64,000 nt of DNA from a virus. Below the pieces are notes generated by a model that saw only the letters and a list, made by a program, of their open reading frames with translations, made no database searches and was not told the DNA's origin. Below are positions 47,115 through 58,495 of the stretch, in pieces. A program made the position numbers and the translations under genes. The DNA lies in IMG/VR virus record IMGVR_UViG_3300027899_000008; one strand, 5' to 3'. Each line of letters opens with the position of its first letter. The stretch's first letter is position 1.

Positions 47115-48701
47115 CTATTCAATTACAATTCTTCTAAAAAAACTAAATTTTGCTTTTGTATTTTTTGGAATCAACAGAGTATTATATGTCAAGGCATATG
47201 TGCTATATTTATATTTCTTCTTCAATGATTGAGCATATATCATTCCACTATTGTTGATTTGAACTTTATTGCTATTGTTATTTATATAGTTTGAATTGAA
47301 CATTGTGGAAGAATAATAATATCCATTCATTTCATCAGAAAATGTTTCTTCATGAGTAGTTAAATAATTTGCGTAGAAATATAATTCATATAGAGATGGA
47401 ATATAATAATCAATGAATCCATTTCTAGGTTTATACTTTATGGTATTTGTCAACTTAGTCTTGATTCCACTAAATGTTAGATTATTTCCATATGTGTTGT
47501 AATATCCATCCCACAATGATGTATTATAATAGATGTCATTTTCATCTTCCTCAACGAATGGAATATTGATATTGTGAGTCATGTCAACGATGACTGCCCA
47601 CTTCTTATCAGTTCCTCCTACTCCAATATTCTGAGGATAATGAGTAGATGCTAGGTCAAAATCAATATTTCCATATAATGCCGACCCCTTTGGATTAACT
47701 GGAGAACCAGGTTCATATATTCCAATATAGATTCCACCTTGATATTCCATTCCTATTTCCAACTTCAGAGAATCAAAATCTTCCTGTGTTATTCTCTGTG
47801 AATCGTATGTATTTTGAATCTTTGTTGGATTCGTCGGTGTATAGGTATCATTACAGAATGGATTTATTGGATACTGAGATTCAACCCAATATCCAGTAGC
47901 ACAAAGCGATTCTGGTGTTATATTACAGGTATATTCATATGACTTTGTATCACTTGATAACTCCAAGGTATAGCAGGAACCAAAGGGTGAGTTCTTGTAT
48001 GCCGTTGATTTGTTCATCATTTGTGCTAGTGATCTGTTTCCCGAGCAATTTGCCATTCCCCCAGTACCACCATTCAATCTATATAAAGATTGATTACATG
48101 CTGCTGTAACTCCATAGATTGCGGGATTTGATAATGAACCTAATGCTGCGCATTCTGATGAGAGACAGACATTATCACAGATGACATCAGTTGGAAATCC
48201 TGTCTCTGGATCTCGTGATATGTGGCAACATGCTCTTGGATATCTCGCATCAATCACAAGATTGTCACCAAATTCTGGTGCTGGTTTATAGCAATACTCT
48301 GCTATATTATTAACATTCAAGGTTATACTTGTTTCTGATGTTGGAGTGAACTTTCCCCTTATTCGTTCACATTCACATCGTGATACATTACATACCACTC
48401 CAGAATCAAGATATAACCCTCCTGATGCTGTAGGACTTGTTGTGAAATCCCACGGATATGAAAGAAGAGAAGTATCATCCACGAATGAACAAGCACAGCA
48501 ACAACCCCTTTCAGTGACGACTCCTGGACAATTTACCGCATCAAGGTTTTCTCCTGGAAAATAATTTCCACCATCATCAAAGCAATCATAGAATGCCTTG
48601 AGTGATTTATTTCCATCCTTATCGCAGCACACACCAATTCCATTCAAAACCTTTGAATAGTCTATTGTTGATTTGATTCGTGAACGAAATTGAATGGACA
48701 T
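47115..48701 (-). CDS. Cys-rich fibre-like protein with degenerate DUF1566/Lcl C-terminal domain
   Basis: GVCC/GCCC/ACC repeats; G..YQGG.Y.G ... DG.YNT ... DYYIPS..EL ... YSST ... RRI. Confidence 0.65.
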   Translation of the reverse strand: MSIQFRSRIKSTIDYSKVLNGIGVCCDKDGNKSLKAFYDCFDDGGNYFPGENLDAVNCPGVVTERGCCCACSFVDDTSLLSYPWDFTTSPTASGGLYLDSGVVCNVSRCECERIRGKFTPTSETSITLNVNNIAEYCYKPAPEFGDNLVIDARYPRACCHISRDPETGFPTDVICDNVCLSSECAALGSLSNPAIYGVTAACNQSLYRLNGGTGGMANCSGNRSLAQMMNKSTAYKNSPFGSCYTLELSSDTKSYEYTCNITPESLCATGYWVESQYPINPFCNDTYTPTNPTKIQNTYDSQRITQEDFDSLKLEIGMEYQGGIYIGIYEPGSPVNPKGSALYGNIDFDLASTHYPQNIGVGGTDKKWAVIVDMTHNINIPFVEEDENDIYYNTSLWDGYYNTYGNNLTFSGIKTKLTNTIKYKPRNGFIDYYIPSLYELYFYANYLTTHEETFSDEMNGYYYSSTMFNSNYINNNSNKVQINNSGMIYAQSLKKKYKYSTYALTYNTLLIPKNTKAKFSFFRRIVIE

Positions 48702-48708
48702 ATGTTAG

Positions 48709-51700
48709 TTACTCGCAAAGTTCATAAGCATCGCAATTATCTACACATAGAATGGGAATACAGGTATCTAGATTATTTAGAGAAACTTTCACTAGTACTA
48801 TATTAGAATCTTTAAATCTGTTTACGGGAGGAGGTATAATTGTATCTGTAGTTTGAATTCCAAGAATTCCCTCACAATCTCCAGCATCTGCTCCTTCAAA
48901 TCCTTTTGGAGTTCTCTTTCTATCTGATGGATTCTCTATCCATTGTTTATCAAGACCAAGACGAGCCGGCCGATAAAACTTAAGAGGTATACACAGAGTG
49001 TCATACGGATCCCAAGTAGAGGGCGCCGATGGAATACCCAATCCTGGAATATATGGAATCCAGTAGTCACCAGTGTTGGTTTCACCGAAATCACCTGGAA
49101 GACGATCATATTTACCTAAAATCCACCAGTTTCCATAGATATCTTGAATCCACCAATGTCCTTCATGCTGATATATTTTAGTGCATCTATCACATACATA
49201 TTCTAATAATCCAGGTTGATTAGGAAGATCAAGTTCAATACATTTTGGATTTTCTGGATCTAAAGTACAAAGCTTACATAAATTGCATTCATCACTTTTA
49301 TATACTGGGCATTTTCCTGCTGATACTGGATCTAGATCTGGAACTTTAAATGTTGGTGCTCCATCGATACCATCATCTGGAAGTTCAGGCATTACATACT
49401 TTGGAGAATAGAAAAAGCATGGTTTATATCCTTCAATCTCTATTTCTGGACACCATGGAAGTATTCCTGGATATGCTTCTGGTGTATACCAAGACGGCAT
49501 AGGCGAACATTCGACTGGATCGATTGTTTGAACTTCTTCTATTAGAGCATTAATGTTTTCAATTTTATCTATTTGTCTGAATACTCTAAATGATGATGCT
49601 GGTGATGGTGTGAAAATAGGATCAACTTCAGAATCTGGACATCCTCTATATCCTCTACCAGGTATTGGACATCCACAACCAGAATATATCCAAACTCCTG
49701 GACATGGATATATTCCTGCTAATTCGCATTCGTGTTTTCTACACACATCTCGTAAAGCAATACATTGGGCAAGACATGGATCTACTGCATGAAGAAAATC
49801 ACATTGATTAACACCATTGATTGTTCGACATGTTCCATAATCAACCCAAAATCCCTGTGAAGGTGATGGTGATTCGGGTGGTAATGTTCCAGAGTTTATG
49901 CATGTAGCACTATTTGCAGGTATAGTTTCAACACTAGTGGTGTTATTAGTTTGATTTGTGCAAGGAGTACCATCATATGTACACAGAGAAGTTTCACATG
50001 ATGGGTTACAACAATATAAAGTTCTATCTAAATTAGCCTTAGTACAACCACTTGTGGCGGATTCGCATAAAGTGGTTTTCAATCTTAAATATTGTTCAGC
50101 TTCAGTATTTGTAATGCTTGAACATATAGTCCAATCAATGTCCGTATTATCACAATCTATTCCGCACTTATCTGGACTACTAGTATCATTAGGATCAGAA
50201 TTTGTACAGATGATGCCGTTGTTTCTTCTATAACAGCATCTTACAAGATCAGATAGATCTTCATCTTTACATTGCATAGCGGTAACTATCTGACATAAAT
50301 CTTGTGGAGGAGTGCCACCTACCTGATTACAAATTCTTCTAGTAACATCATTCCATACTGAGACATAACCATTTGGACCATTTTTTCTCTTATCACACCA
50401 TCCAAAATTTACACAACAACAAGTACCAGCACCCCATTCTGCACAACCACTATTGTCTGGTCCTCCACTACCTCCACCTGGAGTTGTTGGTCCATCTGGT
50501 CCACCATTTCCTCCACCTTCATCGCCAGCACCTGTATCTGTTGGTGGTGGATCCACGAGACACGCAGAAGTACATTCAGCTTGAGTAACAACAATTCCAC
50601 CATCAACTGGACCTTCGACACATGTTCCACTTCCATTACAAATCCATGTTGTTGTTGGTACGCCATCACAACCAACACAAGACCCAGTGTTTTGTCCACT
50701 AGTGTTTTGTATAACTCGACACACACCATTGTCACAAAAAGAATGCGATCCTGGTGTACCACCGCCACCTCCACCGCCACCTCCAACCTGACAACCTTGA
50801 AGACAATCATTCAATTCATAAATACCATCTGGTGAAGCAAAACATTGTCCTGTAGTAGTATTACAACTATATTTTTGTGGTGATGTGCCGTTACACAAAC
50901 ACCCACATGAAATTTCATTACACTTCTCATTCTCACCCATGAATATACCACCCAGAGTAGTACATGCTGTTTTTGATGTATCTGGCAAACAAGTTGTTGA
51001 CCCAGTGTTACATATACAGCAAGCACCTGTGGTTGTCGTAAAATCACAACAATCTATAGTCTCACATGTAGATTCATCAGTAGCAATTCCACCTAGTATT
51101 TGTTCACATTGAATTCGTGAATATAATCCAAGGCATTTGCCATCCTTACAGCAGGAAACAGATGTGCTACATGGATCGTAACAAAATCTTCCAGCAGTGA
51201 TTGGTTCTGCCCAATTCTCTCCATCTGGATTGTTTGGATATGTTCCACATGTAATTCCGCTATAAAATACACCACCAAAGGTATCACATTCAGAAACTGA
51301 TGTGGTTTCTAAACATTTACCATTTGTGCAGCATATTCCATTTCCAGAACCACATGTATCTTTACATGATTTCAACGGAGAGAAATTACCAAAATAAAAA
51401 TCACATTCCCTCTTTGTTGAATAATCCAAACATTCAAGTGTTCCATCAGCATTTTCATAGCAGCATGAACCAAAAAAATGATTGGGAACACATTGAACAT
51501 CAGGATTTCTGATGTTGTGTCCTCGTTGAGCAACACTTGCTAACCAAGTTGCGCCTTTATCATAAGACATGAATCCAACGATATTTCTACCACAAGTCAG
51601 ATAATTTTCACCTTGTTCAAAATAAACATTCTGTGGAAAATGCCAAACATTATCAGATTCAAATACAATTGTAAAGGAAATGATTTCATTTATTGAAAAT

Positions 51701-52434
51701 GAACTCATTCCAGTGAATCCACGAATACCGATTGGAGTCTCTGCTAAAAATGTTCCTGCCTTTGATATATCAAGAGTGATTGTGTCTTCAAATGGTTGAA
51801 CTGGACCAATGTTTGAAATCAAAGATCCAGAATTCAAATGATATCCATAATCACCAGATGATCCAGAATCTTTTGTTGTTTTTATGAAATTAATGGAACC
51901 TGTATGTCCAAGAAATCCTTGATTCTGAAATATCTTTACAGGAACACCAGATGCCATCGTGTTCGTTGACAGATAAAGTAACCCATAATTGTAAAGAGAT
52001 GCGGTATCTAATGAACCTTGAATATTAGAACCATAATATATGCTGTCTATGGAGATATATTCCTGATTGGGTCCAGTGTATGAAAGATAGATAGATCCAG
52101 TTGCTGTTAATCCTCTGAAGTAGAAGGTTCCACCAACAACTTGACTAAATAACTGATATCCCGTTCCTGCTCTATTTGAACCAGTGACTGCTGCTGTATC
52201 AAAGTATGTGAACCCCTTAAAGGAACCTACTATTTCAGCAGTGCTTCCATCAGAAAATTCAAGAATTAAATTATTTCCTGTAGCACCAGATGATATGAAA
52301 TATTTACCCCTAGGTCCAGTGCCTCCAGTTATTCCAGTTGCTCCGGTTGCTCCGGTTGCTCCTGTTGGTCCTTTTGGTCCGCGTGGTCCCTGTGGTCCGT
52401 ATAGATTAATTGATGAAATCGCACTGCTGCTCAT
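48709..52434 (-). CDS. Very large Cys-rich fibre-like protein
   Basis: N-terminal collagen triplets, GSCC/GICC/GACC repeats, poly-Gly linker; ATG 52434 overlaps the upstream stop. Confidence 0.7.
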   Translation of the reverse strand: MSSSAISSINLYGPQGPRGPKGPTGATGATGATGITGGTGPRGKYFISSGATGNNLILEFSDGSTAEIVGSFKGFTYFDTAAVTGSNRAGTGYQLFSQVVGGTFYFRGLTATGSIYLSYTGPNQEYISIDSIYYGSNIQGSLDTASLYNYGLLYLSTNTMASGVPVKIFQNQGFLGHTGSINFIKTTKDSGSSGDYGYHLNSGSLISNIGPVQPFEDTITLDISKAGTFLAETPIGIRGFTGMSSFSINEIISFTIVFESDNVWHFPQNVYFEQGENYLTCGRNIVGFMSYDKGATWLASVAQRGHNIRNPDVQCVPNHFFGSCCYENADGTLECLDYSTKRECDFYFGNFSPLKSCKDTCGSGNGICCTNGKCLETTSVSECDTFGGVFYSGITCGTYPNNPDGENWAEPITAGRFCYDPCSTSVSCCKDGKCLGLYSRIQCEQILGGIATDESTCETIDCCDFTTTTGACCICNTGSTTCLPDTSKTACTTLGGIFMGENEKCNEISCGCLCNGTSPQKYSCNTTTGQCFASPDGIYELNDCLQGCQVGGGGGGGGGTPGSHSFCDNGVCRVIQNTSGQNTGSCVGCDGVPTTTWICNGSGTCVEGPVDGGIVVTQAECTSACLVDPPPTDTGAGDEGGGNGGPDGPTTPGGGSGGPDNSGCAEWGAGTCCCVNFGWCDKRKNGPNGYVSVWNDVTRRICNQVGGTPPQDLCQIVTAMQCKDEDLSDLVRCCYRRNNGIICTNSDPNDTSSPDKCGIDCDNTDIDWTICSSITNTEAEQYLRLKTTLCESATSGCTKANLDRTLYCCNPSCETSLCTYDGTPCTNQTNNTTSVETIPANSATCINSGTLPPESPSPSQGFWVDYGTCRTINGVNQCDFLHAVDPCLAQCIALRDVCRKHECELAGIYPCPGVWIYSGCGCPIPGRGYRGCPDSEVDPIFTPSPASSFRVFRQIDKIENINALIEEVQTIDPVECSPMPSWYTPEAYPGILPWCPEIEIEGYKPCFFYSPKYVMPELPDDGIDGAPTFKVPDLDPVSAGKCPVYKSDECNLCKLCTLDPENPKCIELDLPNQPGLLEYVCDRCTKIYQHEGHWWIQDIYGNWWILGKYDRLPGDFGETNTGDYWIPYIPGLGIPSAPSTWDPYDTLCIPLKFYRPARLGLDKQWIENPSDRKRTPKGFEGADAGDCEGILGIQTTDTIIPPPVNRFKDSNIVLVKVSLNNLDTCIPILCVDNCDAYELCE

Positions 52435-55400
52435 TGTTGACAAAATCTTTCTAATTTATCTATACACGAAGCGCATTTATTATCCGGATCAGTGTAATAC
52501 AATCCATTCATAATATCTTCGTTGTAGAAGAATCCATCGCAAGTGACTACCAATGGTATTCTGCGAACAGGTCTTAATGCTGCTCCCTTTATTCTTCTAT
52601 CCTTGCTGTTCATTCTTCCCATATCGGTTGGATTTGATGAGTTGAATGTCTGTGTCAACATCTTCTGACCATTACAGACTGACATGGTGAATTTATAAGC
52701 ATCGTCAGATGTGAATTGAAATGTTTGATTTGAACTGGTCAATCTGCTTGTAGCTAAATATGGTTCTAGTTTAGCATCTATTTGTTCTAGACGATAATAA
52801 TCCTTGTTCTTGAAGTCTTGTTGGTCCCATGATTGTAATCTACCTACACTAGTAGAACTCCAATATTCCTTTTCTACAAGAGGTTTAGAACCATCAATCA
52901 TCAATCCATTATTCAAATCTTCTATATTGTTGTAGATATAATTCAATTCAGTTATACTTGGAATATACCAATCCCCATAACCATACAATGAAGATGAATT
53001 TATATTTGATATGACTCTCAGAGCAGAATCAAATGGATTGTTATCTTGCCAAACTTGAGTATATGCTTCTTTGAACTTTTGCTTATTTGTTGTAATTTCT
53101 GTTTGATTTACAGAAGGATTCCAGAATGAACCAGAACCAGTTGAGAATCTTAGATACGCATATTCATCAACGTCATTTCCATCCATATCACGAAACCATA
53201 ATCCTGGTGTCTGTGTTGAGGTTTCGTCATAAATTCTTGTAGTCAATAATCCATCAACGGGATATGTTGTGACTTCCTCAAGTAGTGCCTTTTGTGGGAC
53301 TCCACTAGCATTTGCCTTGTGTCTTCCTTCTACCATTCCCCATCTCAAGTTTCTACTTTGACCAGATGTCGCATCCTCGGGAGCAACAATCAATGCCCAC
53401 ATGATATGAATGTTATTAGCACCATATACTTGTTTTGCGAGATACTTGTATAGATTATTGCTTGCTTCAAAATATTCAACAGCAAGTCCAGTGTCAATTA
53501 GATTATAGGAATATGTTCCATTATTTGCGCTGTATGCTATAGTTCCCTTGAACATCACATCTGCTGGCCAGGAAACATTACCCAATTCAAATACTTGTTG
53601 AATGAATGGAACACCAGTTTTCAACAAGCACTTTGTCTGTAACGCTTCAACTGGAAGAATCTCTGGATAGGTTCTCGCAAAATACTTAATGGAACCATTA
53701 TTCGATCCAGTGGCATTTCCAATACAAGTCTTACATCTCCATCTTGTATCTAAGTAATTTGCGCCTCTTGGTTTAATCAAGCATTCCAATGGTTCTCCAA
53801 AAGCAACATTTGGTTGACTGAAATTGGAACATGGATTTGGCATACCGACAAATCCTGCGAAATAACCACCTGCGAGTTTATCACCAATATTCAAGCAATT
53901 GAAATTTTGATTTTCCCCATATGCCTTACAACTATTTGCGCACACTCCTGTGAAATAATTATCTTGATATACTTGTCCACAGCAACTCTGTGTGCCACAT
54001 GTTGTACCAGAGCCCATGAATGTTCCAATATCATTACAAGCTGCTGGCATTGTGTTCTCACAATTACCACCAGTTAAACAACAAGCACCAAATAAATTAT
54101 TTGCTGCGCAGCACACAGCATCATCTAATTCAGAGGTACATGTCGCTCCTGCTATAAATAATGACGATGGAATTCCAGAGCATTCTGCTTCTGTTAATTG
54201 AAAGCATCGTCCCTTTACACAACATTTACCTCGTTGATTTATAGTACAGAAATTTGTTGGGCATGAGAAATATTCTTCACCTTCCCATAGATTACAAACT
54301 TTTCCAGGAAAGAAATATCCATTGTATAGAGAACATTTTTCCTGAGTTGTATTCAAGCACTTGGATTCGTTTGTTTCATTATCGTATATACAACAAGAAC
54401 CTTCAAAGAAGCAATCGCTTCCAGTGGTTCTATTATCGCATGAATTTGTGTTGAATATACCTCCAACAGAAATACAAAATTCCTGTGAGATATAATCAAG
54501 ACATGTCTTTTGCTTAGAATCATCATCGCAATAGCAGCAAGAACCTATCTTGGTTCTGTCGAAATTCTGTGGTGTGAAAGTATCACGAGCGGTATAACCA
54601 CTCAATGGCATGAAGTTGATTTGATTAACCAACGACCCACCAGTCACTCCAAAATACATTGTCAGATTTATCTTGTTTGGAATATTGGCAGCAGAACTTG
54701 CTGGATTCAGAACATATATCCCACTTGAATTATCAATAAAATCTGGTTCGAATGTGGTAGCAAAACTACCAGTTCCATTCGTAACTCCACCTACATTACC
54801 GGTATTGTAGAATATAAATGATGTTGGATTATCAAGATTGCGATATGATTGAAATTCAAATGACCCACTTACACCAACCCCATAATTCTTATTCCATTCC
54901 ATTGGTTCGCGCATGGAAACAAAATCAAGATACATCTGATTTTGTTTTGGGTCCCATTTAGTGTTTTCAGCACCTCTCGCTTTTGTGATATCCTGACTTG
55001 AGACATATAATAACTCTCCGGTATTCCCAAGAACAAAAATATTGCCTAGGGTAGAACCAAATAAACTTAAGGTATTGTCACCTTGAGTACCAGTAAAAGT
55101 TACTAGATTTGATGTGAGATTTAATCTGTCAAATACAACAGAAGGATCTGACTTTAAATAATCTGTTTCGATATCTGAACCAATATTATTGGAAACATCT
55201 TCTTTATACACACCCATTGGTTTAATTGTGAAGAAGGATGTGGTATCATTCGCACCATCATCAAATAGTCCCTTTAGCGACACAAAAGCAAATGAAAGTC
55301 CATTTGCGAAGAACTTAATAGCGGTTGAAAGACTACCATTATCACCAGTTGCTCCAGTGATTCCATTTCCAGTTGAACCAAATACAGAATTAGAGCCTGT

Positions 55401-55505
55401 TGGGCCTGTTGGTCCAGATGGGCCTGTTCCTCCGGTTGGTCCTGTTATGCCAATGGCGTTTTTGAAACTTACATTTGTTTGAAATGATATTCTTGATGAA
55501 CTCAT
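52431..55505 (-). CDS. Cys-rich fibre-like protein with DUF1566/Lcl (C-type lectin-like) C-terminal domain
   Basis: Collagen triplets, four GxCC units, IG...AGG.FAG ... GYGDWYIPS..EL ... YWSST ... LRPVRRI. Confidence 0.72.
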   Translation of the reverse strand: MSSSRISFQTNVSFKNAIGITGPTGGTGPSGPTGPTGSNSVFGSTGNGITGATGDNGSLSTAIKFFANGLSFAFVSLKGLFDDGANDTTSFFTIKPMGVYKEDVSNNIGSDIETDYLKSDPSVVFDRLNLTSNLVTFTGTQGDNTLSLFGSTLGNIFVLGNTGELLYVSSQDITKARGAENTKWDPKQNQMYLDFVSMREPMEWNKNYGVGVSGSFEFQSYRNLDNPTSFIFYNTGNVGGVTNGTGSFATTFEPDFIDNSSGIYVLNPASSAANIPNKINLTMYFGVTGGSLVNQINFMPLSGYTARDTFTPQNFDRTKIGSCCYCDDDSKQKTCLDYISQEFCISVGGIFNTNSCDNRTTGSDCFFEGSCCIYDNETNESKCLNTTQEKCSLYNGYFFPGKVCNLWEGEEYFSCPTNFCTINQRGKCCVKGRCFQLTEAECSGIPSSLFIAGATCTSELDDAVCCAANNLFGACCLTGGNCENTMPAACNDIGTFMGSGTTCGTQSCCGQVYQDNYFTGVCANSCKAYGENQNFNCLNIGDKLAGGYFAGFVGMPNPCSNFSQPNVAFGEPLECLIKPRGANYLDTRWRCKTCIGNATGSNNGSIKYFARTYPEILPVEALQTKCLLKTGVPFIQQVFELGNVSWPADVMFKGTIAYSANNGTYSYNLIDTGLAVEYFEASNNLYKYLAKQVYGANNIHIMWALIVAPEDATSGQSRNLRWGMVEGRHKANASGVPQKALLEEVTTYPVDGLLTTRIYDETSTQTPGLWFRDMDGNDVDEYAYLRFSTGSGSFWNPSVNQTEITTNKQKFKEAYTQVWQDNNPFDSALRVISNINSSSLYGYGDWYIPSITELNYIYNNIEDLNNGLMIDGSKPLVEKEYWSSTSVGRLQSWDQQDFKNKDYYRLEQIDAKLEPYLATSRLTSSNQTFQFTSDDAYKFTMSVCNGQKMLTQTFNSSNPTDMGRMNSKDRRIKGAALRPVRRIPLVVTCDGFFYNEDIMNGLYYTDPDNKCASCIDKLERFCQQ

Positions 55506-58489
55506 GATGGACCATTTATGATATTATTTATTGCCAAATTTGGAACTTTCCAGAATCTATAATATTTAGATGGATTACTATTCGTATCATAATATCTACC
55601 ATCACATCGCATCATTCTTACAGGTCTAACTTCATTTTTATCTAATCTATCCGCTTTCTTGATCTTCACAGAAGTTAGATTTGTTGTATCAATCTGAGTT
55701 GCCCATGCTTTAGTGCCATGTGATACTGGAAAGGTTTGATTACCTTCAAGTGTAATTCCTAGAGGATTTGTGGTTTGCCAATATTCACCTGTATTACCTT
55801 CATTAAATGTTCCAGTGGACGACCAAACCCATCCATTAGCACCCAAATTAGGTTCGCCAATTGGAACACCTCCAGCATTCACTATAAATCCATTCAAATC
55901 TTCACTTGCTATTTTATCGGCAATGAATGAAAGCTCATCCATACTTGGAATATACCAATTAGATATTTTTGGAAAATATATACTAGATTCCATTGTTTTT
56001 ATGTTGAATGCCGATATTGCTTCTCCAGCACTTTGCTGACTTGTGTTCCATGGTGAAGGATTAAATGTAAATCCTTCACCAAATGTATAACTGAGTCCAT
56101 AACCAGCATTAAATGCTGTATCAGTATTATTCGCATGTCTTTCAGCACAAACCATTCTTATAGTGTTGTATAGTCCCCAACTTGGATTCCATTTTCCATT
56201 GAATGTTGTTCTTCCTCTTTCTAATCCGTGACCACTTCTATAGAATGGATTTGAATCATATTTCTGAACACAAGTTTCAAACGAATAGGCATTTCCATAA
56301 TATGTCAATCCACTTGGCGTATTAAATACATACCAACCTTCATCTCTAGTTACATCTCCTGGAAATGGTTCATCGCCAACTGGTATGTTTTCGTTATAGT
56401 CTGCGAAACCACCAGTATCAGTCATGATGTTACCAAAATATGTTCCACCATGACTCCATGTGAATTTCTTAAGATTGGTTTTATCGAGAGTATTTGTTGA
56501 TATTATATTTTGGGCATCATTATTCAACATCACTGGATACTTGGAAACAATCAACAACCAGGAATCTTCATCACAACTAGTTTTAGTAAATCCATAACCA
56601 TTATTGTTATACTTGCTAAAATAACGTTCAGCAACTCGCTCATCTCCATTTGTCAATAGATTGAAAATAGATGAATTGGTATCAGTAGATCCCAGAACAC
56701 CACCAAATGCTGTATTTCCTAGGCATATAGAACCATTTGGATTGAAAATACCAACTACAATTCCACCCTCAATCTCTTCTCCATATTCTACCAACGGAAT
56801 ACCTGGAATTGGATTCCAACATGTCTTCACACAATCAAACTCGCCACAAGTACTACATTTGCCAAAATATAGATGTCCTTGCTGTATACAGAGATTTCCA
56901 TTCACTGCTTCTGTACATGTTTGTATTGAAGGGTCACAACAACCACCAGACCCACCAACACATCTTTCTGTTCCATTTATTAAATCACAATTATAACCAT
57001 ATCCTTGAAAATAACCAGCACTAGCTGTACACGCTTCTGGTGTAATATCTGGTTCACAACCTCCACGACCATCACAACATGGTCCAAGACCAAGAAACGC
57101 ATTTTCACAATTTATATCTTCCACAGCATCAAAATTACAATTCCTTGGACTCCAGATATACTCAACACCATCATGTGATTTTGCCAGCGATGCGCACGCG
57201 CAAGAAGTGACAAAATCATTGATTCTCTCAATTGAATTATTTGTGTGTTTGATACAACAAACTCCAAGTTCGCCACATAGTGTATCGCAAGTAGCAAGAG
57301 TCATTCCTTGGTAGAATGTGCCATCACATAATACTTCTATTGTTTCAAACGCGGAAAGACCGCAATCAGTTGGACAGCAGACACCAAATATATTTACACC
57401 AGATGCGCATTTATAGTTTACATTTCTGATGTCAATTATTGTTGGAATTTTACCAACTATTCCAGTTTCATCTGCTGTTGATGCGCTGAAGGTAAATCCA
57501 AGATGACTGAAATCAGCGTGCCAGACATCTCCAATTGAAATTAAATTCAATATATCAACATGGTCAGTCAAGCATGGTGGAAGTGATATTGGCCATGATA
57601 TTCCATACTCTAGATTGTCAATATCCGGAGTTGCTGTGATATCATCTGTAGTCGCATATAGTGTGCTGAATTCCATCGAAGAAGTCACACCATCAGGAAC
57701 AATTATAGTCAATCCTCTAGATACCAATTCATTTGCTGGTGAGCGAATATTGATTATTTGACTCACCACATCTTTTCCAACAGAATTGTAACTATTGAGT
57801 CTAAATATATTTCCTTTTTCCCAGTCAATATTCCAATAGTAAAATCCTCTTGTAGCATCAGTTCCAAGCGGAGAAAACTCCGCATTGACAAACAAAATCT
57901 TTTCTGAATAATTTCCAATTTGAGTGTTTATTGTTTTTGTTGCTTCATCATAGAAACTTCCAGTATGACCATATTGTTTATCACCTGGTTTGTTGTATAG
58001 AATCTGATTGGATGACCCACCAGATACTCCAATATAAGCAAGATTGAATATGGTATAATCTACTTTAATATTTCCAGATGTATCATCTCTTATTGATATG
58101 ATATTTGGAGAACCTGTGGTCAGTCCTCTCAACTTGATTAGATTATGTGGACCCTTATTGTCATTGGGATTATTATATTGAGCAGAAACCCCATAGACTA
58201 TATTGAAGCCAAGAGATAATACATCTGCTCCCGCTTGAATATAGTAATTGCCTGTCGCTCCTCTTAACTTATTGATTGAAGTTGCTACAAACCCATCATC
58301 ATACTGCGTAGCAATAAATCCTGAAGCATTGAGAGTCATTCCAGTTATAGAAGGACCCGTTGCTCCCGTTCTTCCTGCGTTGCCTGTATTGCCCTGTGCG
58401 CCTGTAGGACCGATAGGACCAGATATTCCAGTCTTTCCTGTTAATCCGGATATCTTTGGATTTATTAATGGACTACTTCCGTAAATCAT
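55502..58489 (-). CDS. Cys-rich fibre-like protein with DUF1566/Lcl C-terminal domain
   Basis: Collagen triplets, four GxCC units, G.E.EGG.V ... NWYIPS.DEL ... WSST ... AW ... VRPVR. Confidence 0.72.
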   Translation of the reverse strand: MIYGSSPLINPKISGLTGKTGISGPIGPTGAQGNTGNAGRTGATGPSITGMTLNASGFIATQYDDGFVATSINKLRGATGNYYIQAGADVLSLGFNIVYGVSAQYNNPNDNKGPHNLIKLRGLTTGSPNIISIRDDTSGNIKVDYTIFNLAYIGVSGGSSNQILYNKPGDKQYGHTGSFYDEATKTINTQIGNYSEKILFVNAEFSPLGTDATRGFYYWNIDWEKGNIFRLNSYNSVGKDVVSQIINIRSPANELVSRGLTIIVPDGVTSSMEFSTLYATTDDITATPDIDNLEYGISWPISLPPCLTDHVDILNLISIGDVWHADFSHLGFTFSASTADETGIVGKIPTIIDIRNVNYKCASGVNIFGVCCPTDCGLSAFETIEVLCDGTFYQGMTLATCDTLCGELGVCCIKHTNNSIERINDFVTSCACASLAKSHDGVEYIWSPRNCNFDAVEDINCENAFLGLGPCCDGRGGCEPDITPEACTASAGYFQGYGYNCDLINGTERCVGGSGGCCDPSIQTCTEAVNGNLCIQQGHLYFGKCSTCGEFDCVKTCWNPIPGIPLVEYGEEIEGGIVVGIFNPNGSICLGNTAFGGVLGSTDTNSSIFNLLTNGDERVAERYFSKYNNNGYGFTKTSCDEDSWLLIVSKYPVMLNNDAQNIISTNTLDKTNLKKFTWSHGGTYFGNIMTDTGGFADYNENIPVGDEPFPGDVTRDEGWYVFNTPSGLTYYGNAYSFETCVQKYDSNPFYRSGHGLERGRTTFNGKWNPSWGLYNTIRMVCAERHANNTDTAFNAGYGLSYTFGEGFTFNPSPWNTSQQSAGEAISAFNIKTMESSIYFPKISNWYIPSMDELSFIADKIASEDLNGFIVNAGGVPIGEPNLGANGWVWSSTGTFNEGNTGEYWQTTNPLGITLEGNQTFPVSHGTKAWATQIDTTNLTSVKIKKADRLDKNEVRPVRMMRCDGRYYDTNSNPSKYYRFWKVPNLAINNIINGPS

Positions 58490-58495
58490 GAGTTA

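Noticed and set aside
47115-58489. Diversity-generating retroelement targeting the DUF1566 domains
   Set aside because: No reverse transcriptase and no template/variable repeat pair differing at adenines seen in this window; cannot be excluded elsewhere in the genome.
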